Positions 45,601-60,600 of a stretch of DNA of 64,000 nt are shown piece by piece. A program made the position numbers and the translations under genes. The first letter of the stretch is position 1; each line of letters begins with the position of its first letter. The DNA comes from Antedon mediterranea (lineage: Eukaryota > Animalia > Echinodermata), in the NCBI RefSeq assembly GCF_964355755.1, contig NC_092673.1, forward strand, positions 3,348,001 to 3,412,000. Reading direction: 5' to 3'. The notes under the pieces are model-generated. The model was given only the letters and a program-made list of their open reading frames with translations. It was not told where the DNA came from and made no database searches.

Positions 45601-48600
45601 CATCTAATTGCACAAAAGGAAACAAGCAAGCTTGGACAAAACCAACCATCAGTTAGAAACGGTATAAGAAAATATGTGTATACTAATGCACACTCATTAT
45701 TTATGTAAATGTTATTGCTCGGGAATTCATTAAACTTCATCTATCATAGTGCAATAGCAAATTATTCTTTATTATTAATTAATATAAGTCATTGATATAG
45801 TAAGTTTACAGATACACCACTCAACATTCCAATAAAGATGCCTCCATTAATCCTAAAACTTGTTTACAATTGTCTATGCCTTTTTCATAGGTAGTAATAG
45901 CAGATCATATTTCCTTTAAATTCACAGGCTAGGTAGCTATGTCAGGGGTCAGTATGGATGAACTTGAAAATCCCAAGTGTAAAGGTAATGTAAGATGTTG
46001 GAAATGCAACCCATTTGTGCACAGTACATTCCAGGGTTTTAGAATTCCCACTGACACAACATAAATCAAGTTATGAAAGACATGCTTGTTAATTCTAAAG
46101 TTTTTTTTCACATATTTATTATAGCACATTTGTTGATTCTTTGAAGAAAAGTTCATAAGAGTTGAAAAACATCTCAGCTCATTTTAGGTAGTCATCTATC
46201 CACAGAATAATTTAAGAAGACTTTAATAATTATCAATAAAGCCCATAGCCAAGATTTTTTTTATAAAGGTGGGAGGCGGAAGGTGTGGGTGGCAGTGGCG
46301 ATTTTGAAAGGGACCCTTAGTTTGGTGTCATCACTTTTGCATTACAATTTGCGGCTGACCCAGGCCCCTGGAATTTTGATTCTGAAATCTATTCAGATCA
46401 AAATTATTCAAAAGTTATAAATCAAGTTTCAAATTTTAGAAGCTCATATTGAATTTTTTTTCAAAATTATTCTTTACCTCAACAATTTATCAGTAATCGC
46501 TTTTCAAAATTATTTAAATTCAGGATTACTAGCTTGTCTTATGGTTACATCAGTATAATCCAAAGAGATTAGCAACCAGTAGGATGTGGATTACCTGTTA
46601 ATCCCACTTATTAAAATTCATAAAGCATACAAACATAGTAGATAAGTGATGTTATTTCTCTATGGATCTTAGGAAAATGGCGGTCTCAGGACTGCTAAAG
46701 TATAAAGCTTTGTCTACAAATCAAACTAGTTTGACAATAAATGTGATGTGCCCATATATGGACATGATGCCATATTTGGACATATCGCTACCGTATTTGG
46801 GAACATCACACTTTTTTGTACACATAAAGTTTGATAGTGTAGACAAAGCTTTAATGCAAGTTTCTCATACTAGAGACAATAGATCTTTATAACATAGCTA
46901 TGTTGTTCTGTCTAAAAAAAAGAGTTTGCTTTACCTAGACTGTGAACACTTAATTCCTGAAACAAATGTGAGGTGTTAGTTACCCTTACCTGTATTTCGC
47001 AGGCGGCCATAACTGTGAATAGGTAGAAATATGCTTCTTCAATACTGGCTCCGCAACACACTACACCATGGTTACGCAAAAACATAACCTATAAAGAATA
47101 TAAAAATATGAACATTTAAGTATACTTTATTTAAGTTTACTTTAACAAAATTGATGAAGAGAACTGCAATTGAAAGGTAATTTTAACATGGAGAAGAATA
47201 TTTGAAATGAATAGCTTATTTTGTAATTTTTTATAGTATAAATGAAGGTGGTTTTAGAGGTGCGTGTGATGCACCACTTCCCACCTTTCCTAGATGAACT
47301 TTGTGGAATTGTTGCTAGTAATTTACAAATATTCATCACAGGGAATTTACTAACCCATACTACCCATATGCCATGCTAGTCATAAACATTACAAAACTGT
47401 CGTGTGTGAAACAGCATCAAGTTTTCCCAGAAATAAAGACAGTCACTAAAGTACTAAAATATATAGATTACAAACTGTATTACTGATGTACATTGTGTAA
47501 ACAAAATGTCCCCATATAAATTGATTCCCGCTATATGAACTACAACCGAATAATGCTTCATGTAATAACACAACCCGTATAATTTAATAAACCGATTAAA
47601 CTTTATTATCAAATAAGATGTTAATTTAAAGACAGTTGTTTTTGGCAGGAGGGATGTGGTATTGAATTATACATAGATGTACGCATCGTACGCATGATAA
47701 TCCAAATATTTTTAACTTACTTTACTTACTTTAGTGATGTAGAGACGTATTACTTATCATCAATCAATTAAGGTTAATAAACATGTACTAAATTCAGTTC
47801 TGAACTGTTTATAGATTATAGGTTTACCTAGTCTTTTGACAAATTCATCTTTTCATTGTATCACGTCAAACTAACATGACATTGTAATCATAGGCAAGGG
47901 TTCGAGGCTCACTCTGCTTAATGGTTCTCGTGGTAGAACGAGTCTTCTCGGATAAGGACTATAAACCGTAGGTCCAGTGTATACATCTCGCTCATGTGCA
48001 CTTTAAAGAACCTTAAGTACTCTGGTGTTCTATTATACACACAGTTATCATAACTCATCATGAGTGCCCCTTGAATGTCAGCATATGCTGTTTGAATAAA
48101 CAATAACTGGATGCATTGGCAGATCCAGCCACCACCCCCATAATCCATAGGTTCCAAGATGTGAACCTCTCCCTTGTGAACATAAAGGTTACAACCCAAT
48201 TGGGTCATGCGCCACTTTATGAATCACTAACAAACACCGCTAATTATATCAAAACCGATTTCAACGCAACAATTACTTAAATAGGTTATTATCAAAACAA
48301 TTCATTTCTGTTCTTTCCTTTTCAGAACTGTTATTCTTTAATCTCTACCACCGGATCTTCTATACATCATTTGATACTTTGCAAACATTGTCACATAGAC
48401 TTATCAAAATGCATAATACATAATATTTTTCAACCATTAGTTTGCAATCCCTAGGCCTAGAGGCTATAATATATTACTTATTGTATGATTTTAAACCACT
48501 GCATTAACCCAGAATATTGCACTCAATCAATCCCTAGTATACTTCCATTTTAAAACTCAACCTTAGGGCAGTAGGCAAATACCAGACTATAAGTATTACA

Positions 48601-51600
48601 TATTGTTGTGAGAAATATAAAGTAAAACAAATTGACTAATGGTACAAATGGCTGGAGGTATTTTTTTTTTATTATTTGCCCTTTTTGTGACATTGTTAGG
48701 AATGAATTTTTACCAGAATTACCTAAAATTAGAATTTTAATTCTTGCGGTTTTTACATTAAACCTTATTAATAACTGCAAGCGAAAGTATCTTATGAACT
48801 TTTGACCACTGGCTGACCTATTATTATATTTAGATTCTTTTTAGTACTTATTCATAATGTATACACCTGGACTAAGATATTTAAATTAGTAGGGATTACT
48901 TACTGTACTATCCATTATCTTAAGTTCAAACTAAGCATACTCTTCTCTGTACACCCAGATTTAATAAGACTATTAAAGAACCACTGATATTTCACGATTT
49001 AAAAATCAGCTTTAAAAGCAAGCATTAGCTATTACTATAAGAAAATTCAAACCTGGAAAAAAAAAGTATTGCCATTGGAAATGTTTCTTCCGAATAATAC
49101 CACATTGATTTGAAGCTATGTTTACATACTTTTTTCTCTAATAGAGTGAAATTGCCGTTTATTGAAGCTAAATTGCGGTTTATCTTTGTTCCGCAGATGT
49201 ACCAAAACCTATTGAAGTTACACGGTCAGTGTTATATCAGTGTTAATGACAAAGAGGTATAACAGAGTAATCTGATCATGCGAAATTGGCTGTAACTTGG
49301 ATATGATTCGGACCAGCACACGCAAACGTGCATAGAACAACTCTAGTGCGTGTAAAGATTGTTTGCTTTCTTGCAACAGTAAATCTAAAGCTGGGTTCCC
49401 ACTAGGACGTAACGCAAGGGCGTATACACAAGCGTGTTGACCAATGACAAGCGACAGTTCGAATAATTCATCCTTTGTGATTGGTCAACTAACTTACGTT
49501 AGTTGCAAGGGTCCCAAGTCTACCGCTACTCGCGGTAGTCTACCGCTTTTAGTACCCATCTACCGCGCTACCACCCATCTACCGCGCTACCGCTATCTCG
49601 ACGTTTTCTACCGCATTTTTATTTTTTTAACGCATTTTCAAATTTCCCCATATTTTTGGCGAAATTGATTTACGGTTACACCCAGGCTCAGCCCATGTCA
49701 ACAATAGTCAATAACCAGACAAAAGTGAGGCAGGATGTTGAGAACAATGTCTATTCATGCAGTCTCCGTGGTCTATTATTGTATTTTTATTTGTATGCAC
49801 TGCCTTTTGTTAAACCGTAACAATAATATAAACATGCACGGTACTACACGCCGGACGTAGAAAAAAAGAAGCGTGCAACCAACCGTGAATCAATCACGTG
49901 GTAACCGGAATACGCGATTATTATTTTTGGGAGCATCCAAGTTTTAACTAAATAAACGCTTTGATTACACAGTGGTTGAGACACGTTTTTAATAGTTATT
50001 ACATTTTTAAACACCCTCATAATTAATGGACTCTACCAATGTTGATCCGCTGGAAAGAACAACAGATCGCACATCGCACGAGGTTGTTGAGGCGGTGTTT
50101 TATTTGGTTTTACTGTACGATCCGATAATACGAACATGTTAAATGGATTCGCTAAGCAAGTACTGTAGGCCTACGTTTAATAAAAATTTACCTAAGATTG
50201 TCGTAAGCTCTTTTGTTCAAACTTGTTATTTATAGCAATAACCCACCCATTCCGGCATGCACGCTAGGCCTCCAGCCTAGGCCTACTCCTCGATCGATCG
50301 ATGTCGCTGGTGGGGAATTTCCCAGCGATAAGAAATCGGCGAAATAGCTCATAAACGGCCTACATTTTAATGTTATATCTTTAATGCCAGTGTAATTACG
50401 TATGGATAAAACAATATAAAACTCAATGTTTTTCATCTGAAATAATATGTTAACTCGCGTAATGAAGCATAAGACGGATTCGGAATAGTTTTGGGGTTTA
50501 AAAATGGTAGCTAGCTAGGCTAGGGCCTAGATTCTAGGCCCTAGCCTAGCTAGCTAGTAGAAGCCCTAGGCTAGGCCTGTGCCTACAAAAAATGAGTAAA
50601 TTCTATTGGACAATACTATCATGTGTAAATATTGTACATTATGTAATTAAGTTAAATTATGTTATATACTGAATTTTAGTTAAAATACAGTATATAATAT
50701 ATTTTTTAAATTCTTTATACTGAGGATGTATCCATAAAAAAAATAAGAATGTAAAAATACTGATGGATAAACCTATGTAAAAATTAAGCCAACTTATAAA
50801 TATTGTATATGTAACATATTTAGTTAAGAGACGTAAAACAACACGCGTGTTGATTTTCGATTCCCCGCGCGTTAACTTTCGACGCCCCGACGAATTGAAT
50901 GTGATTCACGACAAAATCTCCTGCGAATGGACTTTCCCAAGTTGGGACCTCTGTAGTTGCGTCTTTAGTGGGAACCAAGCATTACTATCAAGCCACATAT
51001 AAGAGATGGCACTTTTATCCAAATGCTGTCCTTGGCTATTATACAAGATGACCTTTTTAGGCAAGATAAAAAAAATGCTACTTAATAGCTATCATTATTC
51101 ACAATCAATTTATTGACCATTTTGTTTGGACTCTACTTTTAATGGACTGAGTCACTGAAAGACATTTTAGATGATTAGCTGGAAGCTAGGTCAAAGTTGA
51201 AGTCTAGTGAGTCACCCTACATTATAATAACATACGGATTATACTCAACAGTAACGATCTACAGTTGTTATGTTTAGTTTCCTAATTGGCTCTCAGCTCA
51301 TCAACTTACAAACGTTACCCTTTGTGTAATTGTTAATGTTAGAATTACAAGAGTTGAAAAGTTACTTGGTGAATGACATGCTTTTGGGTGTTAGGTTCTA
51401 AGCCTCTAATGCTTGTAACAATCTTGCATGATTAATGTAGCTATCATTGATAAACCTCTATCGTAAATAAAGCACCCAATAATTATCTTACTTTTTTTTG
51501 CAAAGTCTATCCAAACGTAAATCGCATCCAATTAAAACATTATCTCGTGTTTCAGATACGCAAAACATCTAGAGTTTCAACTCTTTGTAACTGTAGATAC

Positions 51601-54600
51601 TGAACACAGCTAAAACCTTTCAGAAAGATGTGTCAAAAAACTGTGTACAACACCTTTTTAACTTCCTCTAAAAATAAAGGAGCATTTCACCTGAACACTA
51701 CTAGTGGCATTGTTTCATTTTTCTTCCCAATCATCGAGCAAAAGTACATATGTATACGCCCATTTAACTTGTCTGTGCGACGCCCATAAAACTTGTCTGT
51801 GCGACGCCCATCCAACTTGTCTGTGCGACGCCCATCGAACATGTCTGTGTGCGATGCCCATCCAACTTGTCTATGCGACGCCCATCCACTATGTCTGTGT
51901 GCGACGATCATCCAACTTGTCTGTGCGACGCCCATCCAACCTTTTCTGTGCGACACCCATCCGACCTTTTCTGTACGACACCTATCCAACTTGTTATCGA
52001 GTCTGACTGATCCGATTACATTGAATGTATGCAATTCATATTTTAACAGCGCTGTTGTGGATATCATGCCTTAGATGACGATGACGCCCACTTACCTTGT
52101 TATCTGATTGATCGTATAACTTAGTATGAATGTCTGTATAAATCCAACTGTTAACAGTAATTCCCGTGAAATTGAACACATTTGGGCCTCCCCAATTATC
52201 CCCTTCCCAGCGATGCCCACCAAGCTTACCTTGTTATTGGGTCCAAGAGATCTGATTACTTTATCCTTATCTTCTTCTTCTACCAGAATACCTGTGTAGT
52301 CCATATAGGATACTTCACCTACAATCAAAGATTCTTGTGAAATTGGTAACAAACCGCATTTCATTGAAGAAACCTAAAAAAAACACACAACAAACAAATA
52401 ATGGAATATCATTTGCAAATAAATCAAATATTCAAATTGTTCATAACCACCATTCCTGACATAATTTCCATACTCTTTAAATAAACTTGAAAAACATGAA
52501 TCTTATAGATTAGGAGTAACTGACGTTAATATGTCAGTCAGGGGGAAAAAGGCAAAAGGCATCCTACTTGTTATCAGATAATCTATGGTTTTGACAAATC
52601 TTGTAACATGATTGTTATTTAAGGCCCTGTTCAGACCCATGGCGTTAGACCGTTTTAGCGTACGACGCTAAAAGAATGTGTGTTTGAACAGTTGGAGATT
52701 AGCGTACAACGCGTCGTACAACGGTTGTAGCGGAAAACGGTTGATAGTACCGTTTTAGCGTACAACGCTACTGTAAGTCAACGTTGTATCCAATCAGAAC
52801 GTTTCCTGTTATGACGCGAAACAAGGTTTGACCTAGGCTGACATCTTGTATCGTCAATGTGTAAGATTGATTTCAATAACAAAAAGGCCAGAATAAATAA
52901 GGCCTAACTACACTACAAATACAACTGTTACAAAGGCTACAAACTATTATCAACTGATTACCATTATATTTTCTAACAAATGACATAAATACATGCACCT
53001 TGTATTTAAACATAGGGACTACGATCCCATCCGCTTTTAGGCCTAGCTAGGCCTAGAGCCATTCACGCATTTCATTCAAGCTAAAAACTAGCGTGGGACA
53101 TCAAGTCACTCATTCATACAAGGCAGACTAGACGGGACAAGTTTAATGCTGAAAACCCCCTAACTCCTAAAAAAATCAGTAAACAAACAAGGGGAGCTGT
53201 GTCCCTTTTATTAGCAAGTTAAGGGTTATTTTCAACCGACTGGACCAAATAATATATATCTTTGACTGGACTGGATAGACTAATCACAATCATTTTTTTC
53301 TTCATCATTACGAGGCCTGCTTTATTTTCGTAACACAAGAGCCTGGGGAAAATGTTTTTTACTACAAAATAAAAACTATAGAAACAGAAATTTGGCTTTA
53401 CTATATTTTTCTTAAATAAATGCTGAGGTATGTTTTATTTACGGCAAATTTTGTCATAATTGTACTTTAGGGCTGAGATCTAGGCCTATATACAGTGGAA
53501 ATAATTATGAAAACACGTGGGTAAGAGCACATGAATATGCAACTAGAAACAACCTGGATGACGTACTTCCGTTGTAACGATAATCGTACGCTATGGGTCT
53601 GAACACCTCATTTTTTTCTCTGCGGTTTGTAAGGTGACCTTGATAGTAACGTTGTACGCTAAAACGGTCTAACGCCATGGGTCTGAACAGGGCCTAAATC
53701 ATAGATTTTAATTTTGAGGAGTAATTACAATTTGACTTAAAGCTCAGGTACAGGCATGAATTTTAAATATAACATTTGGTTAATTGTACATAAATCAAAT
53801 ATTTGTAACAGAAATCAAGACGAAAAAACATGAATTTCCCTTATTATGGTGAAATACAAAATTTGGCCAAATTCTTCCATAAAAACCAGGAAGACTTTTT
53901 TAAAGTAGTTAGGTAGTTAACCTAATGTAATAACATGTCTGGTGACTCCCTAGACGGTGAAAAAAGGTGGTGGATATACGGGGGGATAATTTTTTCTATA
54001 GCATGAAAATAAAAATCTGAAGTTGAATAAAAATATCAGAAATGTAATATTCAAGTTATAATAGCTATATTTAGTCATCTGATAACATTTTTTACCACAC
54101 CGTTTATTTTTCATAGCTTTTTAAAATGCCTCTCTATTTACAAAATTTGTGTACAAAAGAATAGAGATTTTACTGTGTAATTTGAACTATTCCCCCACTG
54201 ATAAGAAAGTGCTTATTTTTAACAAGCTTGTGTAACACAAATAAAATCCCAAAAATTATGAAACATAAGGGAAACTATAGATCGATAATTATTGGAATGT
54301 ATGATCAATAGAAATTTTTTGCCCGCACCTGGCCTTTAAAATTCTAATCTTTCAACATCAAATTATTTGCTATGTGAACCCATTTTAAAAGTAGTACAGT
54401 ATTATTAGTATCTAAACTATAATTAAATTGCTTTTATTGCCATTGGTGTTGATGCATAACAAATTTATACAATAAATACCCTGTATTGTATGTAAATGAT
54501 TTTATTCTTTGACAATATAAAAGTGGAATAGTCACAGTTGGTATATAGGTTAGGACGTTTCTTTGTTAATGTTAGACCCCATTTAGGCCGGCCCTGGGTC

Positions 54601-57600
54601 GGCCCTGGGTCGGCAATTGATAAGTGTAAATACTCCAAAAAGTTAGGCCGGCCCTGGGCCGGACGCAGATCTGGGCCACCTCTCCAGGTAGGTTCAGGAG
54701 CGGCTTTTACGTTTGGGCCGGCTTACGCAGTGAACCGTGAACAACGTTTGACCTTTTTATGAGGTTGTTGTTATGACGATCCGACATTCTCAGTACATAC
54801 CTTCCTCCTTTTCGGGCGACAATTTGTTTTCTTCATTATATAGTTAAATTTATTTTCAGACATCTTCTTTCAATAAAGTATTCCTCCGCTTGTTTCGCAT
54901 ATACATAAAATATAGCCATATTATATATAAAACAGTGGGGTTCATTTTGTTTTTAATGGGACAAAAAACAACAATACAGTACTATAAATATAAAACGGTC
55001 GGTTCGCGCGGAGAGTTGAATTGACGATCGAGAGAGAAAAATGTAAACAAACTGTACTTCGTATCCCAGCATGCAATGGTACTTCCGATAAAATTATTTA
55101 CGACCAGTAATCTGCGTCGGTAGTGTAAACGCTCTGGGCCGGCCTAAAAAGTAAATATTTGCAACCGGCCCAGGACCGGCCCTGGACCCAAACGAAAGTG
55201 TAAATGGGGTCTATGTTGCTACAGAATTTCTCCTTTATTATTTATTATATTTACACTCATTTCCTTTAGTAAAGTGCCACGAAAGAATTTGGAATTGTTT
55301 ATATTCAATACAACCATTACCTACTGTATCTAAATATAACACACCACCTTATCCAGGTCATTTGAGGCAACTTTTACCAAGAGGTCCTGAATGAGGTCGA
55401 GACACGATTCATTCGGGATTGCATTTTAGCAACTAGTATTACATTAATATTTTTGTAAAGCTCTTTCTAAATTATTAAACTATAGCTTGACAAAAAAAGT
55501 GTGATGTGCACAAATTTGGTAGTGATATGCCCAGATATGGTAGTGATATGCCCAAATATGGTAGTGATATGACATCACATTTTGTTGACAGTCAAGTCAC
55601 AAAGTTTGATAGTGTAGACAGAGCTTTAGCAATGTAAAATAAAATTACCGCTGCAGCACTTGGTGTGTGAACGTGAATAACGCATCTGATGTCCGGTCGT
55701 GCAGCGTGGATGGCAGAGTGTAGTGTGAATCCTGCAAGGTTCGGGCCATAGGTTGATGTTCCATGGTCAATGATGTTACCAACGTTGTCAATTTTGATGA
55801 GTGACGATGCAGAGACCTCATGGTACATCAAACCAAACGGATTGATGAGAAAATGGTTCTGGTCATGAGATACTCTTACCTGAAAAAGTAATTAAAAAAC
55901 TGTAAATGTTAGAATTTAATTGTCGGTTTGTCCAGGTAAAGCTAGACAAGAAATAGTCACAATGCATTCAAGATTCAAGAAATTTTATTGGTCCACTTTA
56001 AAATGGAAATTTGTTTTGCTTGGCATAAAAGACAATAAAACAACAAAGCAAAAATACATATCTCAAATGACACACTGTGTTTATATGGGCAGGAACAAAA
56101 AATATCTAAAATTAGACAAGGGTTTGAACTATGTATTTAACCCATAATGCCAAATATTTAACAAAAATATGGCATATGAAATAGTATTGATAAAGAGACT
56201 TAAACCTATTTAATAGCATTAATACTATAATATAGAAAGTATGACAAACACTAATTTCATTAGTAAGAGAAAAAAAAACTAAGCATTTATTATTTTATAT
56301 AAGTTACATCCCTACATAGCAAACATTGAACGAGCTAAAACAGAGAGTTTCACACGATTCTTGAATAAAAATGCACTTGGATTTACTATGAGTAATGGCA
56401 GTAAAACTACAAGCACGCAACTAGGGTCATAAAATGTTACAACACTTTGCAAATGGGATGCTGCCGGCAGCCCAGTACCTAACAATAACTCATCTATCAA
56501 GAGCTCTCATTATCCAACTGTACAGCATCAAGCCCTGATGTTTATAACTACTAATTAAAGCCTAAATAATCAACTTAACTAAGTTATAATATAAAGCTCT
56601 GTGATGTGGCCAAATATGGTAGAGATATGCCCAAAAATGGTATTGATATGACATCATCATGTCCATGGCCACATCACTTTTTTTGTCACTCTCCAATTTG
56701 ATAGTGCTTTAGATTGTATATTTTTTTCTTTCCCTATATAAATAATATTCAAGATTATATCTTAAAATTTGTCCCTTCCATTGTATTCATTTGTGTTTCA
56801 TGATCTTTTAAACGTGTTTTTTAAATGATTTTCCTTATCATCTTTTTAATGTATTTTTCTACATCTTCTGCTAAACTGTATGCTTATTTAAATGCACAAG
56901 ATTGAAGGTTACATCGCACAGACATTCCAACTTTTTGCTCTATAACATTTAACAACTGATTCCCAATGTACAGTTCTATAATTCAAAATAATGGTAGTCA
57001 GTCTTGTTTTGAAATAGTGTATGTATTGTACTTTATGATGTAACTACACAAGGCTCTGAGACCCATCACTTTCAATTACTATTAAAATCACTGTGATAAC
57101 ATACTGCCACAGGATATCTGGCTGCAAGGTACTGGAATATTTACAAAATGCATATAGTTTTATTAACTATTATGCATTCCTAGATAATTCAAAGGCTAAT
57201 TTGTAAAGTGGGCTTATAAATGAATATCAAAATCAAGTGATTCTAGGTGGGGTAAGTAACTAGACTTAAATTGTTCTGGTCAATGGAATTTATAACTATC
57301 CATAGCAATTGCTATGACACTATTGTAAAAACATATTTTATCATCCAATATAGGAAATAATGTATGTTTAATTTCATACTGTATGAACAGTAATTACTGT
57401 AAAAAGGACGGCCAGACAAATTAATGTTCAGCAACCTGGACTCATTTTCATTCACATAATTAAAAGTACTTCGTTCATCGCCACAAGTTATAGGTTATTA
57501 AAAATAGTTCAACATAACTGTGTTGGTGATAGTTGACCTAGTTCAATCAACACTTTGAGTTTGGTTTAAATATTTCTACGGTTCCCACCAAAATAAGTGA

Positions 57601-60600
57601 TGTGGGTCTCAGATTCATAAATTTGGTGATCGAGAAATATTTGGAATAGAATACAGTATTTACAGTTGACCTCTCGGGATATACAAATAAAGGGGACAAT
57701 TTCTCATTTAGGGCCTGTTTCTATTGAAAAATAAAAAAAGAACGGTTTTTTGGAAACCGGTTTCGGCTGTTGTTTATAAATAAAGATCGCGTTGCAGCTC
57801 AATTTTTTCTCCAATAAAACCGGTTCCGTCCATGTGCGTTCGTTATGAATGACGTCATTATATACACCACAATGCAGTTCGTTAGGCGGAAGCGCGATTT
57901 GATCGAGGTCATGTTTAATTTTTTTCGCATAGCGCGATCCCCAAGAAATAGCATCCATTTCATAATAGAAGCGGGAATTACTGTATACCTGAAACGTTAT
58001 TGTGGTCCTTAGTTAAAGTATAGGTACGTCGCACCCTCTGATATTGTCAAGTTGAACTCGTCTATTTTTCACACGCTTTACAATATTCTTAAAAACATGT
58101 AGGCGCGGCCTATAATACGTGAGTCTTTCTTCCGACTCCCGACAAGTCCCCTCATCTTCTTTCCTTCACATATTTTTTACGAACCTCGTAATGGCATCGG
58201 TCAACATTTTTTAGTTAAATAAAATACTCACTATCTAGAGAAATAAAAATGACTTAGGCCTAGGTCCTATCGCGCGAGTTTGACTGCGAGTTGACCGCAA
58301 TCATCCCAGTGCAGCAGACTGCACAGTTCAGTTTTTGGGGTCAAATTGAGACCGCGATTGTGTTGCAGCTAAAAATTGCTCCGCGGAAACCGGTTTCAGA
58401 ACGGTTCTTTGCGATCGAGACCGCAATCAATTGGGGTTTTTGAAACCGTTTTTAAGATCGGTTCTTTTTTGTGGTTTTTTGTGGGGACCCATTTCTGCTG
58501 GCAAGAAAAAACGGTTCTTGAAAAGAACGGTATTCAAAACCCTATTCTCTGCTCTATAGAAACAGGCCCATAGAGCAAATAAGGGGAAATGTATCATGTT
58601 TTACTATGACCAAAATCCCTATTCAAAGGATACTCCTATTATATTTTTTCCCTTCCTTTTCGTTTCTCTACAGCTTTGTCTACAATATCAAACTAGTTTG
58701 ATAAAAACAAAGTGTGATGTGCCCAAATATGGTAGTGATATGCCCAAATATGGTAGTGATATGACATCAACTTTCTCCCTAATTTCTCAGAAGAGATGGT
58801 TAAATATTCAAGGCACATTACTTATTATAAAATGAAAAAAAAAAGTATGTATGCAAGATAAACAATTCTGATTAAGAACATCCATGACATTTACATTAAG
58901 ACATCTCTGGAGAGAGAAACTGAAAACCGACTTTAAAGTTCACCATGAATACGTTAGTCAGTTTACTAACGCCTTGCATGAATAAAGAATGAATAGGAAG
59001 GAAAAACAACATTAGATCTTGCGAAATTTGGTAAGTTGATAATTAACTAATAATCAGATATCCAACCACCATATTTATTCATTTTTTTTTTCAATCGCAA
59101 TGATGTCACAGTTTTAATTATTATAAAGAAATTAATACGAGAGTGATGTGACACGTTTTTGTTAGTTTTTTATTTATCTGTTTTTGTATATCTCGGAGAA
59201 AACTTAATTGTTATGTATATTTCATATGCAAATGACAATAAATGCAAGTAATTTTCCAATGACGAATTAATAATTGAGAAAATTTCCGTTATTAATTTGT
59301 TTACTGTAATTGTATATAATATGTAATTTTATCATTCTTCTTTAGCGATATGATTTTGTCATAATTAGTAAGACAATTAATTAAGTTTTATTACTACAAC
59401 TCATTTATTTCTAATTATAGACAATATTAAGAATAAGGTTTCCTTTATACTCGTAAAGAAACACAATTTAATTTCACCATTGTATTATCTCATACAAAAT
59501 ATTTTCAATATTAACATTAATGCTAGACACCAATATTAAAAATGGATAGCATTAGCAGACATAATCTATTTTTACAATTTCATTATTCTGGGATAAACCA
59601 AAATGCATACATAATTATTGCCATGGCAACCAGTCGCATCTTAATAACTATGATTATTATACTTGCCGTATATAATAATATGGATATTCACTCATCTATG
59701 AATTTATGAAATTAATCTTCTGAAGTACAATCAACTTTCAAGAAGATCCCAAAGTGCAGCTTTAATATTAAATTTTGTTTCCCGTACTATCTAATTTTTC
59801 AAGGTGATCCCAATGTCTTAATATAAATATAGAAATAATAATGTGCCCAGGCGCTTAGCAGATAAATCATGTCCAATGTTGACAAAGTTTTAAAATATTA
59901 ATAAATCTTAAAAAATTGTTTTTAAAATCTGTTATATTTTTTCTTCAGATGGATTTCTCCCACCTTCATGATACACTAACTTACTATACAGGTAGTAAAA
60001 AGACACTATGACTAAAAATAGCTGTTTTATTATATTTTATAAATAATAATCAATATTGAGTGTCATAAAGTTTATGCACAATAACATATATATTTCTGCT
60101 TCTTATGAATAATCATGTTATTGAAAATTTATTTTTTAATTTGAATATTTATTCAAATTTTTAAATGTACAAATTTATGTTAAATTTCTACTTTATCCTT
60201 ATACTTAAGTACTTGTCTCTAATCATGAATTATTCATGAGCCAAAATACATTATTGATATTTAAGCAAAGACCATCTTACACAGTCAAGATATTATTATT
60301 TTAATACAAAAAGTACAATTATTTTAAGTGTAAATAGACGCAAGCTACACCGCCTTAAATAAATAATGAGTATACTAATCAAGGATGTACGTAATACGAT
60401 GATGATCAGCAATAGAAATATCTCAAATTAATTTTTTTTTTTCATCGAGAGTAGACAGAAATACTGGACAGATAAATCACATTTTACAATTAGTAAACAC
60501 CTTTACTGTTTTTTTGTAATGCGAGGGAAGAACAGAAGATAGTTGGCACTATATAAGTAGAGATTTGAATCATGAATGAAGAAATGATAAAGTAAAAGAA

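Noticed and set aside
51687-52074. Cys-rich repetitive ORFs resembling metal-binding peptides
   Set aside because: Translations of a short intronic tandem repeat; no gene structure.
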